A DNA stretch of 64,000 nucleotides, taken from contig DATCKZ010000012.1 of assembly GCA_036564175.1 (NCBI GenBank), positions 18,373 through 82,372 on the forward strand. Direction: 5' to 3'. Below are positions 18,876-28,904 of the stretch, in pieces. The position numbers were made by a program, and so were the translations under genes. Each line of letters begins with the position of its first letter. Positions within the stretch are counted from its first letter, which is position 1. The notes under the pieces are model-generated. The model searched no databases, was not told the origin of the DNA, and worked only from the letters and a program-made list of their open reading frames with translations. The DNA comes from Natronosporangium sp. GTDB lineage: Bacteria > Actinomycetota > Actinomycetes > Mycobacteriales > Micromonosporaceae.

Positions 18876-21800
18876 ATGCGGTTGTTTGCCGGATCCCCCC
18901 GCATCCGCCGGTTCTTCGCCATCATCGCCGCGCTCGGCTCTACCGGGTCGCTGGCTGCCGCCGCCCCGCCGCTCGCCGAGCGGCTGGCACCGCCGGTCGA
19001 GGTGGCGCAGCCGAGCCCCGAGCCCTGGCAGGACGAGGTCGCGCCGGCGGTGCTGCAGGAGCTGGCGGTCGAGGGTGAGGCGGACTTCTTCGTCGACTTC
19101 GGCGCGCGGGCCGACCTCAGCGGCGCCAAGGAGATCACTGACTGGCAGGCCCGCGGCGACTACGTGGTCGAGCGGCTGCAGGCGACCGCCGAGGCGAGCC
19201 AGCGGCAGACGATCGAGCTGCTGGAGCAGGCCGGCGTGCGGTATCGCCCGTTCTGGATCGTGAACACGATCCTGGTCGAGGACGGTACCGAGCAGCTGGC
19301 CGAGCGGCTCGCCACCCAGCCGGCGGTGACCGGGCTGAGCGAGGTGGGCGAGTACGAAGTGCCGGAGCTGCTCCCGGCCGAGCAGGAGGTCGCCGCCGAG
19401 CAGGTCGAGTGGGGGATCGCCGCGATCCGCGCCGACCAGGCCTGGGACCGGTTCGGCGTCCGCGGCGACGGGATCGTCATCGGCAGCATCGACACCGGGG
19501 TCCAGTACAACCACCCGGACCTGGTCGACCGGTACCGCGGCAACACCGGCGACGGCTTCGACCACAACTACAACTGGTACGACCCGTCGTCGATCTGCCC
19601 GACCGACGAGCCGTGTGACAACCAGGGCCACGGCACTCACACGACCGGCACGATGGTCGGCGGGTCGGCCAGCGGGTTCGGGATCGGGGTGGCACCGGAA
19701 GCGCAGTGGATCGCCGCGAAGGGCTGCGAGGCAGTCGGCCAGGTCGGCTGCACGGTGGACGCGCTGCTGGCATCCGGCGAGTGGATGCTGGCCCCGACCG
19801 ACCTGGCGGGCGAGAACCCGCGGACCGACCTGCGGCCGCACATCATCAACAACTCCTGGGGTGCCCACAACGGGTCGTTCGTGGACACCTACTACGACCA
19901 CATCATCAGCGCCTGGAACGCGGCCGGGATCTTCACGGTCTTCTCCGCCGGCAACGACGGCGCCCGGGGCTGCAACACCATCGCCTCGCCGGCCGACTCG
20001 CCGCACGCCTATGCGGTCGGGGCACACGACATCGACAACACCATCGCCGAGTTCTCCAGCCGCGGCCCGAGCGCCGGGGTGGACGTCCGGCCGAACATCG
20101 CCGCGCCCGGGGTGGCGATCCGCTCCAGCATCCCGGGCGGGTACGGGCTGGGCAACGGCACCTCGATGGCCGCCCCGCACGTGGCCGGCACGGTCGCGCT
20201 GATGTGGTCGGCCGCCCCGTCGCTGGTCGGCGACGTCGCCGGCACCCGGGAGCTGCTCGACCAGACCGCGGTCGACACCGAGGACCTGAGCTGCGGCGGC
20301 ACCGCGGCCCGCAACAACGTGTTCGGCGAGGGCCGGCTGGACGCACACGCGGCGGTGCTCGCCTCGCCGATCGGCCCGACCGGGGTGCTCACCGGGGTGG
20401 TGACCGACGCCGACACCGGTGCGCCGGTGCCGAACGCCACCGTCGAGGCGACCGGCCCGGACTACCGGCGGCGCACCAGCACCGACGCGGACGGCCGGTA
20501 CGAGATCAGCTTGGTGGCCGGCGAGTACCAGCTGACCGCGGTCGCCTACGGGTACGAGCAGGCCACCGTCACCGGGGTCATCGTCACCGAGGGCGAGACC
20601 ACCACGTCGGACATCCCGGTGGTGGCGTTGCCGTCGGTGACGGTCAGCGGGACGGTCACCGACGGCTCCGGGCACGGCTGGCCGCTGTACGCCGGGATCA
20701 CGATCGCCGGTTACCCGCACGGCACCATCTACACCGACCCGACCACCGGCCGGTACCAGGTGACTCTGCCGGCCGACACCACCTACCACCTCACTGTCAC
20801 CTCCCACTACGACGGGTACGACCGGCTCAGCACCGAGCTGGTGGTCGGGGACTCCGATCTGGTGGCCGACCTGGCGCTGACCGCGAGCACCGACGAGTGC
20901 CTGGCGCCCGGGTACCGGTCCGCGCACCTCGGTCTCTACGAGGCCTTCGACACCGGGGAGCCGCCGGCCGGCTGGACGCTGGAGACGACCGTCGGCGACG
21001 GCTGGCAGTTCAACGACCCGGGCCAGCGGACCAACCTGACCGGTGGCGAGGGCCGGTTCGCCAGCATCGACAGCGCCCACGGCGCCCTCTTCGAGGACGG
21101 CCTGCTCATCAGCGGACCGGTCGACCTGACCGATGCCGCCGACCCGCTGCTCAGCTTCCGGAGCGACGTGCTGCTGACCCGCGGCGTCGCCGAAGTGGAC
21201 ATCTCGATCGACGGCGGCGAGTCCTGGGACAACGTGTGGCGGCAGACCAGCCTCCGGCGTGGCCCGCGGCTGGAGCAGGTGTCGCTGCCGGCGGCGGCCG
21301 GCAAACCGGATGTGCGGGTGCGCTTCCACTACCGCAACGACGTCTCCTACAACGGGTGGTGGCAGGTCGACGAGGTGCTGCTCGGGGAACGCAGCTGCGC
21401 GCCGGTGCCGGGCGGGCTGGTGATCGGCCGGGTCACCGACGACCGGACCGGCGAGCCGGTGATCGGCGCCACGGTCGCCAGCGTGAGCCAGCCGGAGCTG
21501 CGGACGACCACCGTGGACACCCCGGATGACCGGGCGCTCGGGGGTGGCTTCTACTGGCTGTTCTCCCCGGCCACCGGCGAGCAGGAGCTGACCGCCGAGC
21601 ACGTGGTCGGGCAGTACGCCGCCGGCAGCGCCACGGCCAACGTGGTCGGCAGCGGGGTGGCCCGGGCCGACTTCGCGCTCAGCACCGGCGAGCTGGCGGT
21701 CAGCACCCGGACTATCGAGGCGAACCCGGAGCTGGGCCAGCGGCAGGTCACCACGGTGACGCTCACCAACGTCGGCACCGCCCCGGCCAAGTACCAGCTG

Positions 21801-24629
21801 ACCGAGCGCAACGACGAGTTCGCGCTACGGCCGGCGCAGCGGGAGCTGCTGGCGCAGCCGGGCGCGCCGCTGCAGCTGCTGCCGGTGGCCGGCGAGGATG
21901 CCGAGGCCTCGTCAGAATCGACCGGCGACCCCGCGGCCTCCCCGGACCCGACCGAAGTGGACTGGATCCAGCTGCACGACGCGCGCTGGGAGACGGAAAA
22001 CACGCTCGGCGCGGTGCATGACGGCAAGCTCTACGTGATCGGCGGCAGCAGCGGCACGCTACAGCGCAACCTGGTCTACGACATCGCCGAGGACCGGTGG
22101 GACATGACCAGCTTCATGCCGGTCCGGAACCTGCCGGCCGGTGACTTCCTCGGCGATCTGCTCTATGTGGTCGGTGGCTACGGGCCCAGTGGGGTCGGTG
22201 CGATGGCGACCAACCTGGTCTACGACCCGGCCACCGACAGCTGGTCGACCGCCGCCGACGCACCGTACCCGGTCGCGGTGGCCGGCCACGCGGTCCTCGA
22301 CGGCAAGCTCTACGTGATCGCCGGGCGCACCGGTGCGGACGGGGAGACCGCGCTCGCGTCGGTGGCGGTCTACGACCCGGTGACCGACTCCTGGTCGCGG
22401 GCGGCGGACTACCCGGAGCCGGCCGCCGGAATGTCCTGCGGCACGATCGACGGCCTGATCTACTGCGCAGGTGGCCGGGACGCCAACCACCGGCCGATGA
22501 ACCGGGCCTACGTCTACCACCCGGCGTCCGACAGCTGGCACCGGATCGCGGACCTCCCGCTCACCGCGGTCGGCAACGGGTACGCCGCGGCCAACGGCCT
22601 GCTGCTGATCTCCGGTGGGGTGTTCGGGGGCTACCGCACCAACATGGGGTTCTACTACGACCCGACCACCGGTGACTGGGGGGAGCTGCCGAACTCGCTG
22701 TTCCCGGTGGAGCGGATGGCCAGCGCCTGCGGTTTCTACAAGGTCGGCGGCTACCTAAACCCGGCGGTCGGCGACGTGCCGTGGCTCGAGCAGCTGCCCG
22801 GCTTCGACCAGTGCGACACCACCGGCGGCGACCAGCTGCCCTGGCTGTCCAGCTCGTCGACGACCGGGACGCTCGCGCCTGGCGAGTCGGTCGAAATCAC
22901 CGTCACGTTCGACGCCACCATCCCGGAGGTGAGCCAACCCGGCGACTACACAGGTTGGCTGACGGTGCTGGAGGACACCCCGTTCGCGGTCGAGCCGCTG
23001 CGGGTGACGATGGCGGCCACCCCGCCACCGTCGTGGGCGAGCATCACCGGCACCGTGACCGGGCTGGACCGGTGCGACACCGTGGGCCCGGCCGCCGAGG
23101 GCTCGCCGCTGGCCGGCGCGGTGGTGCGGATCCACGACGTCCGCTACCAGGCCGAGGTACGCACCGACGAGGCGGGCCGGTTCACGTACTGGCTGGACAC
23201 CTACCGGCAGGGCAACCGGCCGCTGCCACCGCTGGACGTGACCGCCTCGCTCGACGGGTGGGTCGCGGACACCGGCCGGGTGCTGGTCCGGCCCGGCAGC
23301 ACCGCGACCGCTGACTTCACGCTGCTCCGGCACGAGCCGTGCGCCACCGCCGACCCGGCGGAACTCTCGCTGACCGTGCCGGCCGGCGTGACCCGACCGG
23401 TGCACCTCACGCTCGGGAACACCAACGGCACGGCGGCGTACGACTACCAGCTGGCCACGGCGCCGCACCGGCTCGACCCGGTGCCGGCGGGTCCGACCAG
23501 CCTCGCCGCGCCAGAGTGGACCGACGGGGCGGCGGTGCCGCGGGGGGTGCGGCAGTACGCGCACGCGCAGTGCCCGACCGACCCGGACCACGGCTACGTG
23601 TTCGGTGGCCTCGACCCCGGCTTCCCGGAGGCGACCTTCGAGAGCTGGCGGTATGACGCGGTCGCCGACGAGTGGGAGCACCTGCCGGACGTGCCCGGCC
23701 CGGTCGTGAACGGGGTGGCGGTCTGCGAGGCCGGCAAGATCCACGTGCTCGGCGGTGCGGACACCGACGCCGTGCCATCCGACCGGCACTACGTCTACGA
23801 CATCGCCCGGAACGAGTGGAGCGAGGCGGCCCCGCTGCCGACCGCGCGTGCCGAGGCGGCTGCCGCGGTCTGGAACGGCACCATCTACCTGGCCGGCGGC
23901 ACGATCACCGGGGACTGGTACGAGGTGACCGACCGGGTGGACGCGTACGACATCGCGACCGACACCTGGCGGCCGGCCGCTTCGATGCCGGTGGCGCTCA
24001 GGTCGCCCGGCTTCATCCAGGTCGGACCCGAGCTGTACCTGGCCGGCGGGCTGGACCGGCGTACCACCGAGCAGGTCTTCGACGTGGTGCAGGTGCTGGA
24101 CCTCGACACCGGTAGCTGGCGGCTCGGCCCGCCGCTGGCGGAGCCGCGCTCCCACGTCGCGATGGCCGCCACCGACGCGGCGATCTACGCGATCGGCGGC
24201 AACCGGCAGGACCAGTTCGGCCTGATGCAGACCGCGACCGTGCAGCGGCTGCCGCACGGCGGCACCGCCTGGGAGCTGGGCACGGTGCCGGACCTGCCGG
24301 TGCTCCGAGCGTACGGCGCCGCCGGGTTCTGCAGCCACGGCCGGGCCGGCGGGGAGATCTGGTCGATCGGTGGCACCCACGGTCTGGAGCGGACGCTCTA
24401 CTACCCACTCGCTGGCGAGCGGTGCGCCACGCTCAACGCGGACGTCCCGTGGCTGGGGCTGCCCGCCCCGACCGGCACGGTGGCGGCTGGCAAGTCCACC
24501 CGGATCACCCTGACCGTCGACACCACCGGCCTGTCGGCGGGTGACGAGGTCAGCGCCACGCTGCTGGTCCTCACCTCCGACCCCGGGGCCCCGGAGCTGC
24601 GGGTCCCGGTGACCGTGCGAGTGCGGTGA
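18876..24629 (+). CDS. Secreted S8 (subtilisin/bacillopeptidase F-like) serine protease with carboxypeptidase-regulatory-like domains and two kelch-repeat regions
   Basis: Signal peptide; triad IDTG, HGTHTTG, GTSMAAPHVAG; repeated LYVIGG/YDP.TDSW kelch motifs. Confidence 0.9.
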   Translation: MRLFAGSPRIRRFFAIIAALGSTGSLAAAAPPLAERLAPPVEVAQPSPEPWQDEVAPAVLQELAVEGEADFFVDFGARADLSGAKEITDWQARGDYVVERLQATAEASQRQTIELLEQAGVRYRPFWIVNTILVEDGTEQLAERLATQPAVTGLSEVGEYEVPELLPAEQEVAAEQVEWGIAAIRADQAWDRFGVRGDGIVIGSIDTGVQYNHPDLVDRYRGNTGDGFDHNYNWYDPSSICPTDEPCDNQGHGTHTTGTMVGGSASGFGIGVAPEAQWIAAKGCEAVGQVGCTVDALLASGEWMLAPTDLAGENPRTDLRPHIINNSWGAHNGSFVDTYYDHIISAWNAAGIFTVFSAGNDGARGCNTIASPADSPHAYAVGAHDIDNTIAEFSSRGPSAGVDVRPNIAAPGVAIRSSIPGGYGLGNGTSMAAPHVAGTVALMWSAAPSLVGDVAGTRELLDQTAVDTEDLSCGGTAARNNVFGEGRLDAHAAVLASPIGPTGVLTGVVTDADTGAPVPNATVEATGPDYRRRTSTDADGRYEISLVAGEYQLTAVAYGYEQATVTGVIVTEGETTTSDIPVVALPSVTVSGTVTDGSGHGWPLYAGITIAGYPHGTIYTDPTTGRYQVTLPADTTYHLTVTSHYDGYDRLSTELVVGDSDLVADLALTASTDECLAPGYRSAHLGLYEAFDTGEPPAGWTLETTVGDGWQFNDPGQRTNLTGGEGRFASIDSAHGALFEDGLLISGPVDLTDAADPLLSFRSDVLLTRGVAEVDISIDGGESWDNVWRQTSLRRGPRLEQVSLPAAAGKPDVRVRFHYRNDVSYNGWWQVDEVLLGERSCAPVPGGLVIGRVTDDRTGEPVIGATVASVSQPELRTTTVDTPDDRALGGGFYWLFSPATGEQELTAEHVVGQYAAGSATANVVGSGVARADFALSTGELAVSTRTIEANPELGQRQVTTVTLTNVGTAPAKYQLTERNDEFALRPAQRELLAQPGAPLQLLPVAGEDAEASSESTGDPAASPDPTEVDWIQLHDARWETENTLGAVHDGKLYVIGGSSGTLQRNLVYDIAEDRWDMTSFMPVRNLPAGDFLGDLLYVVGGYGPSGVGAMATNLVYDPATDSWSTAADAPYPVAVAGHAVLDGKLYVIAGRTGADGETALASVAVYDPVTDSWSRAADYPEPAAGMSCGTIDGLIYCAGGRDANHRPMNRAYVYHPASDSWHRIADLPLTAVGNGYAAANGLLLISGGVFGGYRTNMGFYYDPTTGDWGELPNSLFPVERMASACGFYKVGGYLNPAVGDVPWLEQLPGFDQCDTTGGDQLPWLSSSSTTGTLAPGESVEITVTFDATIPEVSQPGDYTGWLTVLEDTPFAVEPLRVTMAATPPPSWASITGTVTGLDRCDTVGPAAEGSPLAGAVVRIHDVRYQAEVRTDEAGRFTYWLDTYRQGNRPLPPLDVTASLDGWVADTGRVLVRPGSTATADFTLLRHEPCATADPAELSLTVPAGVTRPVHLTLGNTNGTAAYDYQLATAPHRLDPVPAGPTSLAAPEWTDGAAVPRGVRQYAHAQCPTDPDHGYVFGGLDPGFPEATFESWRYDAVADEWEHLPDVPGPVVNGVAVCEAGKIHVLGGADTDAVPSDRHYVYDIARNEWSEAAPLPTARAEAAAAVWNGTIYLAGGTITGDWYEVTDRVDAYDIATDTWRPAASMPVALRSPGFIQVGPELYLAGGLDRRTTEQVFDVVQVLDLDTGSWRLGPPLAEPRSHVAMAATDAAIYAIGGNRQDQFGLMQTATVQRLPHGGTAWELGTVPDLPVLRAYGAAGFCSHGRAGGEIWSIGGTHGLERTLYYPLAGERCATLNADVPWLGLPAPTGTVAAGKSTRITLTVDTTGLSAGDEVSATLLVLTSDPGAPELRVPVTVRVR

Positions 24630-24633
24630 AGCC

Positions 24634-24680
24634 GCCGGCTGGCTACGTCGCAGAGGCTGGCTGCGACGTAGCCAGCCGGC
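24634..24680. terminator. Bidirectional intrinsic terminator-like hairpin
   Basis: Perfect 20-bp stem GCCGGCTGGCTACGTCGCAG / CTGCGACGTAGCCAGCCGGC with 7-nt loop, between convergent genes. Confidence 0.8.
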
Positions 24681-24716
24681 AGCAATCCGCCGGCGCGACC
24701 GGCGGGCCGGCCGGCC

Positions 24717-25478
24717 CTACAGGCCGCGCAACGCCCCGCCGTCCACCGGCACCGTGATGCCGGTCAGGTAGCTGGCCGCCGGGGACAGCAGGAACGCGGC
24801 GACCCGGCCGAACTCCGCCGGGTCACCGAGTCGACCCATCGGAATCGCGGCCTCCGCCGCCGCCTGCGCGGCGGCCGGGTCGCCGCTGGCCGCGAACAGC
24901 TCCCGGTTCCGGTCGGTGAGGATCCGGCCCGGCAGCAGGCTCACCACCCGGACGCCGCGCGGCGCGTACTCGTCGGCGAGGTCTTTGGCCGCCCCGGCCA
25001 GCCCCGGCCGTAGCCCGTTCGACAAGCCCAGCCCGGGGACCGGCCCGCGGACCGAAGTCGACAGCACCAGCCCGATCGCCCCGCCCTCGGGCAGCGCCGA
25101 CGCCACCGTCCGGGCCGTCCGCACCGTACCGAGGAAAATCGTCTCGAACGACTGCCGCCACTGCTCATCGGTGGCCTTCGCGACGCTCCCCGGCGGCGGC
25201 CCGCCGACTGAGATCAGCGCCCCGTCCAGCCGGCCGAACGTGGTCGTGGCGGTGTCGATCAGCCGCTGGGGCGTGTCGGGGTCGGTCAGGTCGGCGGTGA
25301 CCCCGACCGCGGTGCCGTCCCCGCCCAGCGCGGCCGCGGCGGCGGTCACCCGGTCCGCGTCCCGAGCCGAGATCACCACCCGGGCGCCGTCGGCGACCAG
25401 CGCCTCGGCGGTCGCGTACCCCAGCCCGCGGGAGGCCCCGGTCAGTACGTACACCCGATCGTTGAGCCCAAGGTCCAT
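24717..25478 (-). CDS. SDR family oxidoreductase
   Basis: TGASRGLG Rossmann motif, GGPPPG, SNGLR (atypical SDR without YxxxK), PVDGG. Confidence 0.9.
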   Translation of the reverse strand: MDLGLNDRVYVLTGASRGLGYATAEALVADGARVVISARDADRVTAAAAALGGDGTAVGVTADLTDPDTPQRLIDTATTTFGRLDGALISVGGPPPGSVAKATDEQWRQSFETIFLGTVRTARTVASALPEGGAIGLVLSTSVRGPVPGLGLSNGLRPGLAGAAKDLADEYAPRGVRVVSLLPGRILTDRNRELFAASGDPAAAQAAAEAAIPMGRLGDPAEFGRVAAFLLSPAASYLTGITVPVDGGALRGL

Positions 25479-25513
25479 GACTGGTCATCCTGCCATCCCC
25501 AGCCGAGGCATGC

Positions 25514-25545
25514 TTGACTTCGAGTGCACTCAAAGGGGAAGGCTT
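25514..25545 (+). promoter_or_regulatory. MerR-type promoter/operator
   Basis: TTGACT -35 followed by the dyad CTTCGAGTGCACTCAAAG (25518-25535) in an elongated spacer before AAGGCT, directly upstream of the MerR gene. Confidence 0.7.
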
Positions 25546-25551
25546 GAGGCC

Positions 25552-25941
25552 ATGACGCAGCTGTTGGAACGGGACACCCTCAGCGTCGGCGAGGCGGCCG
25601 CCCGGGTGGGGCTGAGCACCCACACCCTCCGCTGGTATGAGCAGGAAGGGCTGGTCGCGCCGGTCGGGCGGGACAGCGCCGGCCGCCGCCGCTACACCGA
25701 GGCGGACCTGGGTTGGCTGGACCTGCTGACCAAGCTCCGGCGCACCGGCATGCCGGTCCGGGACATGCGGCGGTACGCCGAGCTGGCCCGGCAGGGTGAC
25801 CACACCCTCCCGGAGCGGCTGCGCCTGTTCCGCGAGCACCGGGAGCGGGTGCTGTCCCGGATCGCCGAGCTGCAGGCCGACCTGGACGTGCTCGACTACA
25901 AGATCGATCTGTACACGAAGATGGTGGCCGAGCAGGGCTGA
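25552..25941 (+). CDS. MerR family transcriptional regulator
   Basis: SVGEAAARVGLSTHTLRWYEQEGL, RDSAGRRRY, LRRTGMP. Confidence 0.92.
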   Translation: MTQLLERDTLSVGEAAARVGLSTHTLRWYEQEGLVAPVGRDSAGRRRYTEADLGWLDLLTKLRRTGMPVRDMRRYAELARQGDHTLPERLRLFREHRERVLSRIAELQADLDVLDYKIDLYTKMVAEQG

Positions 25942-25969
25942 GCCGGCCTCCTAGGCGTTGGCCGGTGCG

Positions 25970-26551
25970 CTACGAGTTGGCCGGCCGGCGGACCGCCGCT
26001 TCCACCAGGTCCAGCACCGGGCCGAGATGGTCGGCCGGCCTGCCCATCGCCAGGTGGAGCACCAGCCCGTCGTAGGCCAGCTCCAGGAACTGCGCGAGCA
26101 CGTCGAGCGGGACGTCGTCGCGCAGTACGCCCGCCTCCCGCTGCCGGGTGAGCCGCTCCCGGGTCGCCGCCGCGATCGCCTCCGCGCGCGCCGCCCACCG
26201 GCTGGCGAACGCCGGGTCGGTGCGCAGCCGCCGGGACACCTCCAGTTGGGTGCCGAGCCAGCCGGCGGTCTCCGGGGAGGCGGCCCGGGCCAGCAGGTCC
26301 CACATCACCTGCACCAGCCCGTGCCGGGCGACCGTCTCCACCATCGCCGCGGCGTCGTCCTCGGCCACCGCCAGGAACAGCGACTCCTTGTCCCGGAAGT
26401 GGTGGAAGATGGCCCCCCGGGACAGCCCGGTCTCCTGCTCGAGCCGGCGGACGGTGGCCCCTTCGTACCCGTACCGGGCGAAGCAGGCGCGGGCGCCGGC
26501 GAGGATCTCCCGGCGCCGGGCATCGAGCTGGTCCTGGCTCACCCTGGGCAC
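25970..26551 (-). CDS. acnR: TetR family regulator, AcnR/Rv1474c-like aconitase repressor
   Basis: MPRVS..L.ARRREIL.GAR.CFA..GY..ATVRRLE..GLSRGAIFHHFRDK, closely resembling Rv1474c (from recall); near acn; shared operator. Confidence 0.8.
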   Translation of the reverse strand: MPRVSQDQLDARRREILAGARACFARYGYEGATVRRLEQETGLSRGAIFHHFRDKESLFLAVAEDDAAAMVETVARHGLVQVMWDLLARAASPETAGWLGTQLEVSRRLRTDPAFASRWAARAEAIAAATRERLTRQREAGVLRDDVPLDVLAQFLELAYDGLVLHLAMGRPADHLGPVLDLVEAAVRRPANS

Positions 26552-26576
26552 GGCTCGATCGTGGCAGGTACGGCGA

Positions 26577-26610
26577 GGGGATGCAATCCGTACGTACGGA
26601 TTGCATCCCC
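26577..26610. promoter_or_regulatory. Perfect 34-bp palindrome: putative AcnR operator overlapping the acnR -35 box, possibly also a terminator
   Basis: GGGGATGCAATCCGTAC|GTACGGATTGCATCCCC; minus-strand TTGCAT-N17-CACGAT 6 nt before the GTG start. Confidence 0.7.
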
Positions 26611-26641
26611 CTCGCGTGCCGTCCGGTTTGCGCCCGATGGG

Positions 26642-27130
26642 CTAGTTGGTGCTCGCCACGATGTTCAGGATGCAGCAGAGGCAGATGATCAGGACCAAGG
26701 CGACGGTCAGGCCGATCATGAGCCCGGCACCCTTGTACTTCTGCGGCGGGGCACCCAGCGAGCCGCTCGAGAACACCCACAGCGGGGTCTTGTACTCCAG
26801 CTCCACCGTCTGCCCCGGCTGGACCGGCACCGCCAGGTCGGCCGGGCCGACCTTGGGCGGGAGGAAGTACGGCACGTGGATGTGGAGATGGTGCTGGCCG
26901 GGCTGTACCGGGATCACGTTGCGTCCCCAGACCGCCGGCACCTCGTGGCCGTTCAGGAAGATCTTCGGCTTGATGAGAAAGAAGATCCAGGCCAGCCACA
27001 GGAACTTGGTGGTCACCGCGATCGCGGTCTGCCCACCACCGCCCTGGGCCCCGGGCGGCGGCGCGGGCTGCTGGGGGTATTGCGGATGACCCGGTTGCTG
27101 GGGGTATTGCTGCTGATACGGCCCGGTCAT
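26642..27130 (-). CDS. Hypothetical membrane protein with Pro/Gln-rich N-terminus
   Basis: AGGAGG upstream of MTGPYQQQYPQQPG; two hydrophobic segments, Cys-rich C-terminal TM. Confidence 0.75.
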   Translation of the reverse strand: MTGPYQQQYPQQPGHPQYPQQPAPPPGAQGGGGQTAIAVTTKFLWLAWIFFLIKPKIFLNGHEVPAVWGRNVIPVQPGQHHLHIHVPYFLPPKVGPADLAVPVQPGQTVELEYKTPLWVFSSGSLGAPPQKYKGAGLMIGLTVALVLIICLCCILNIVASTN

Positions 27131-27216
27131 GCAGGTTCCTCCTAGGGGTGGTTGCGAAAACAACTGTGCAGTATGCCCGGTTGGTGCAACCCGACCGGGC
27201 CGGGGGGTGACCCGGG

Positions 27217-28857
27217 TTACTCCTGGCAGGCGGAGCGGGGGAGGCCGGGTACCTCGACCGGCGACCGGCCCGGTGCCTGGGCCGCACCGGTCAGCACCGC
27301 GGCGAGCGCCCGCATCGACAGCCGGCTGGACGAGTAGGTCGCCACCAGCGCCGGCGAGCGGGATTCGGCCAGCAGGTGGGGCGTGTCCATGGCCACCGTC
27401 ACCGCGGCGTCCTCCCGGAGGTCGCCCGGCCCGTCGCCGTACCCGACCAGGTGGACCACCGTGTCGCCGGAGTGGCTCACCGGCACCCCGGCCTCGGCCA
27501 GCGCCTCGGTCAGCCAGTCCCGGGCCTGGTCGCGGCCGCTGGCGGCGGTGACCGTGACCGGCCCATCGACCAGCGGGCCGGTGCACGTACCACGCAGCAG
27601 CGTCACCGCCCCGGCGGCGAGCGGAGCGACCGCCTGCCGGTGACCGTCACTGTCCAGGATGGACAGGTCCTGGGCCGGGTCCGCGGTCGGGGCGGCGAGC
27701 CGCCGCTTGAGTTCCAGCACCCGGGTGGCCGCCTCCCGGAGCCGCTCCCGGGGCAGGGTGCCGTCGCGGACCGCGGTGAGCAGCCCGTCGTACGCGGCGG
27801 CCAGATCGGGCGGCATCAGCAGCAGGTCGGCGCCGGCCAGCAGCGCCCGGACCGCCGCCTCGCCGGGTGGCCAGCGCTGGGCCGGCGCCATGTTTAGCGC
27901 GTCGGTGACCGTGACCCCCCGGAAGCCGAGCTGCTCGCGGAGCAGGCCGGTCAGCACCGGGTGCGAGAAGCTCGCCGGCAGGCCCGGATCGAGCTGCTGG
28001 ATGTCCAGGTGGCCGGCCATCACCAGCCAGGCGCCGGCGTCGATGCCGGCGGTGAACGGGGGCAGGTCGGCCTCGGCGAGCGGGTGCGCGGCGGGCACCA
28101 CCGGCAGCTCCGAGTGGCTGTCCAGCTCGGTGTTGCCGTGCCCCGGGAAGTGCTTCAGGGTCGCCGCGACCCCGGCGCCCTGCAGGCCGCGCACCACCGC
28201 CGCGACCTGGGCGGCGGCGAGCGCCGGGTCCGACCCGTAGGAGCGGCTGCCGATGATCCCGCCACCGCCGCCGCTCAGCACGTCGGCGACCGGGGCGAAA
28301 TCCACGTTCACGCCGAGCGCGGCGAGCTCGGTGCCGGCCACCCGCCAGGCCGCCTCGGTGAGCGCCGGGTCGCCGGCCGCGGCGGACGCCATCGCGCTCG
28401 GCAGCCCGGTCACCCCGTCGGTCAGCCGCGCCACCACCCCGTACTCCTGGTCGATGCCGACCAGCAGCTGCCCGCCGGCGGCGGATCGCAGCCCGTCGGT
28501 GAAGGTACGCAGCTGGGCCGGATCGGTGACGTTCCGGTCGAACAGGATCACCCCGCCGACCCGGTACCGCTCGACCAGCTCGGCCGGGGTGCTGACGCCC
28601 GCGTACTGCTGGTTCGCCGCCGCGTCGTCGGCCGACACCTCGGTGGCGTGGGTGCCGTAGACGTGCGGCATCAGCACCTGGCCGACCAGCTCGGCATCGG
28701 AGAGCGAACCGGCGAGCTCAGCGGCCGACGGGGCCATGGTGGGGGAGCGGCGGGCGGCCGAGGCCGGGCCGAGCCCGGTCACGAGCAGCGCCAGCATCGC
28801 CAGCAGGGCGGGGACGAGGATGTGGGTACGCCGCGGGGAGGTCGGCACCTGCGCCAT
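27217..28857 (-). CDS. Secreted GH3 beta-N-acetylhexosaminidase (NagZ-like)
   Basis: Signal peptide; IDQEYG, FAPVADV, KHFPGHG...DSH, VTDALNM. Confidence 0.88.
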   Translation of the reverse strand: MAQVPTSPRRTHILVPALLAMLALLVTGLGPASAARRSPTMAPSAAELAGSLSDAELVGQVLMPHVYGTHATEVSADDAAANQQYAGVSTPAELVERYRVGGVILFDRNVTDPAQLRTFTDGLRSAAGGQLLVGIDQEYGVVARLTDGVTGLPSAMASAAAGDPALTEAAWRVAGTELAALGVNVDFAPVADVLSGGGGGIIGSRSYGSDPALAAAQVAAVVRGLQGAGVAATLKHFPGHGNTELDSHSELPVVPAAHPLAEADLPPFTAGIDAGAWLVMAGHLDIQQLDPGLPASFSHPVLTGLLREQLGFRGVTVTDALNMAPAQRWPPGEAAVRALLAGADLLLMPPDLAAAYDGLLTAVRDGTLPRERLREAATRVLELKRRLAAPTADPAQDLSILDSDGHRQAVAPLAAGAVTLLRGTCTGPLVDGPVTVTAASGRDQARDWLTEALAEAGVPVSHSGDTVVHLVGYGDGPGDLREDAAVTVAMDTPHLLAESRSPALVATYSSSRLSMRALAAVLTGAAQAPGRSPVEVPGLPRSACQE

Positions 28858-28904
28858 TCCACCAGCCGCCGGCCCGCCGCGCAAATCCGGGTGCGGTAAA
28901 TCCG

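Noticed and set aside
21990-24400. Repeated DNA segments within the protease gene as mobile or regulatory repeats
   Set aside because: Explained by protein-level kelch repeats.
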